NCBI GenBank assembly: GCA_977020255.1
Contig: CDROCS010002743.1
Span: 186,001-250,000 of the forward strand
DNA: 64,000 bases
Source: Obrimoposthia wandeli
Taxonomy: Eukaryota
Direction of reading: 5' to 3'
The first letter of the stretch is position 1. Every line of letters begins with the position of its first letter. Shown one piece after another: positions 61,759 to 64,000 of the stretch. The notes beneath the pieces are model-generated. The model worked only from the letters and a program-made list of their open reading frames with translations, did not search any database and had not been told where the DNA came from. Position numbers and translations under genes: made by a program.

Positions 61759-63803
61759 TAGCTAAATGTTATTTACTATAGGTATATTTAAGCCCACATT
61801 GATTAAATAGTACATGTATGTGTACATCTGATCGATTCTACGTATTACGCTGATATTAGTTATTTAATATTTAATTTAAATTACTTACTTAACTTCTATT
61901 TACAGATTTCAAAAGAAGTTATCTTTCAGCAGTTCTATGTGGAACCTGCCACAAAGCTGTATGTGAAATAAACAAGGGTGTTTTAGGAGAAAACTGAATT
62001 TATTTGACCACCTAACAATTACAGATGGTCCAATAACACATTCTTCTATGTCACTCTGTAATCCATACAATTGAAACTAATTGAACAAAATTCCAATTAA
62101 GAAAGTTTAATCAATTTAAAATTATTACCATATGTTAAAAAAATTAATTATGTTGGGACTAGAGATGTTACAGTTCTTAAGAAAGCCTCTAGTTACTGAG
62201 TTCTTTATTGGCATATGACTTGTGTGAATGCCTCTACAGAATAATCTTAAATCTGAAAGTATTTTATGTCCGACTGTAAATATTAAACAGTTGAATTTTG
62301 TTCTTGGAATTATTAAGATTATGCATAGCCAGCAGGTATGTCTCCCAAAATCCAATTTTAAATAGGAAATATAAATTTAAAGAATTCAATTTAAATGACA
62401 CAAATTTCAAACAACAAATAAAATAGTGTGATTGCAGTTAAGTCTAGCAATAAATTAATATAATACTCACAAAATCCTAAATTCCACTGGAGTTTATTCG
62501 AAGCTATGACCGTTACGGGTCGGTTATTTTATTAGTGAAAAAGGGACTGATACAGGTTGATGCTATGCTTACACAATCAAGTTTTTTTGTGTCATTTAAA
62601 TCGAAGAAAGTTTATCTTTTAAATCGAGGAAAGTTAATCATACGTTTTCCCCGCGATCAAAAGTATTGTTTGTCGTTTCAAAATAACGTTTGGCGTTATG
62701 TCATATTTTCCCCTGTGTTCCGTAAGTATTTCTGTTGTCCCGTAAACTTTTATCTTTTCAATTTTCCAACAATTGTGTCTTACAGGGAAAACAACCGCAT
62801 TTTACACTCCTTATCTTGTCCAATCACTGATGAACAGCAACTCGTTTTTGTTGGTTCTCCTCTGGCTACTTCTCTAATTCTGTAACTCGGCGATTTTCTA
62901 CTGTGTTTACTGTTTGCTGATTGCTGATACCCACTGTTTTTATAGGTCACCTAAGTTTAATTAACTCTCGTTTTCCTAATTTAATATTTTACTTGTAATT
63001 TAATTTGTCGCTAATATGTCCTTGTTCAGAACTACAAATAAAGTCAATGTTCCTATATATTTCAATTTAATTGTCCAGTTTTAAAAAATATATAAATAAA
63101 TTATTCAAGGAATCTTTATTGTTTCCAGAAATTTTTCTTTAAATTATTTCTTCCAGTTTTCTTAGCTAAAGATTCATTTAAGGAAGTATTTTGAAATGCG
63201 TTAAAAAAATGTAAATTATAAATGATTTTTCCTTAACATTTTCCTAGATTTTTTCGGATTTATAAGATTGTCAAAAATAATTCATTTTTTATTAATGAAT
63301 ATACAAAATCAAGGGACTAAATGGTTATTGAAATAGAAAAAAAGCAATTGACCAAAATTCGGACCCAAATATTCAGTTGGAAGCAATTTTTGGAAGCAAC
63401 AAAGTCTCTCTGAAAAGCTTAATTTTTTTAAATTTTGCCAGTGTTTATATTTATTTTGATAATCGATTTATTAATATGTGTCGAGCTTTAGGATAGAAGT
63501 TTTATATTATTATACCAATGTAAATATTAATCAACGTTTACCAACTTTTTTGCTCATTATCTACAAATTAATTTTCTAATTCATAGTAAAAAATCTAAAT
63601 TCAAAATATATTTTATAATTTGAATTATTTATTATGTTTTAAATTAATAATGAAATTTGGGTGAATGGTTGGTTACAAAATAATTTACAAATTTTATTTC
63701 TTTATTTATTAATTAGCCATTTACTTTTAAAAATAACGAATATCCAGCATCTAAGCTTTTTTAGATTCAAATGAAATTATAATCCAAAGTTGAGCGATCT
63801 AAC

Positions 63804-64000
63804 CTGATGACGTTGGGAAGAGGTACCTCGCGCTTGTAGCCCCTCTTACGGCGCATGAAGCCCTGCGACTGGTGGGCATTGGCTACACGCGGATGTCCAG
63901 CGAGGGCGCGATGGTGACCCCAGCTGGGCACCAAGCTAGCAGCAGGCACTCCCCCATGTCGGAACACGAACTGACCAGGTAGACCCCGATGGCTGCGCAC
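63804..64000 (-). CDS. PCSK2: PCSK2 prodomain exon (5'-truncated by the window edge)
   Basis: HPRVANAHQSQGFMRRKRGYKR contains the prodomain RxKR cleavage site. Donor ATC AG|gttaga (phase 2) fits the next exon. Confidence 0.93.

Overview
Eukaryotic (invertebrate animal) genomic DNA with very AT-rich introns and GC-rich exons; the species cannot be determined from the sequence alone. It holds three spliced genes. (1) The last four coding exons of succinate dehydrogenase flavoprotein SDHA (+, 2604-15444). (2) A complete 10-exon LRR + EF-hand gene, LRRC74A/B-like (+, 21390-47363, 552 aa as spliced by hand). (3) Six exons of prohormone convertase 2, PCSK2 (-, 64000-49159, 5' end outside the window), convergent with the LRR gene. 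The introns are full of transposon relics. The most notable signal is a set of Polinton/Maverick-type sequences at three size scales: a 3.83-kb non-coding element with ~1.35-kb TIRs, AGTAG termini and a perfect 6-bp TSD (4716-8546); a 174-bp fold-back element with the same termini and its own 6-bp TSD (39092-39265); and a solo TIR next to decayed packaging-ATPase and protein-primed PolB genes (~30550-32720). Also present: a three-LTR Ty3/Gypsy element with ~130-bp AGTTATG...CATAACT LTRs ending 33 nt from an SDHA exon, a DAT-type (DIRS/hepadna-like) RNase H relic followed by a bulged stem-loop, and hAT, pogo, Tc1, Chapaev-like, Merlin-like and tRNA-derived relics. Translations and alignments were done by eye and no database searches were run.
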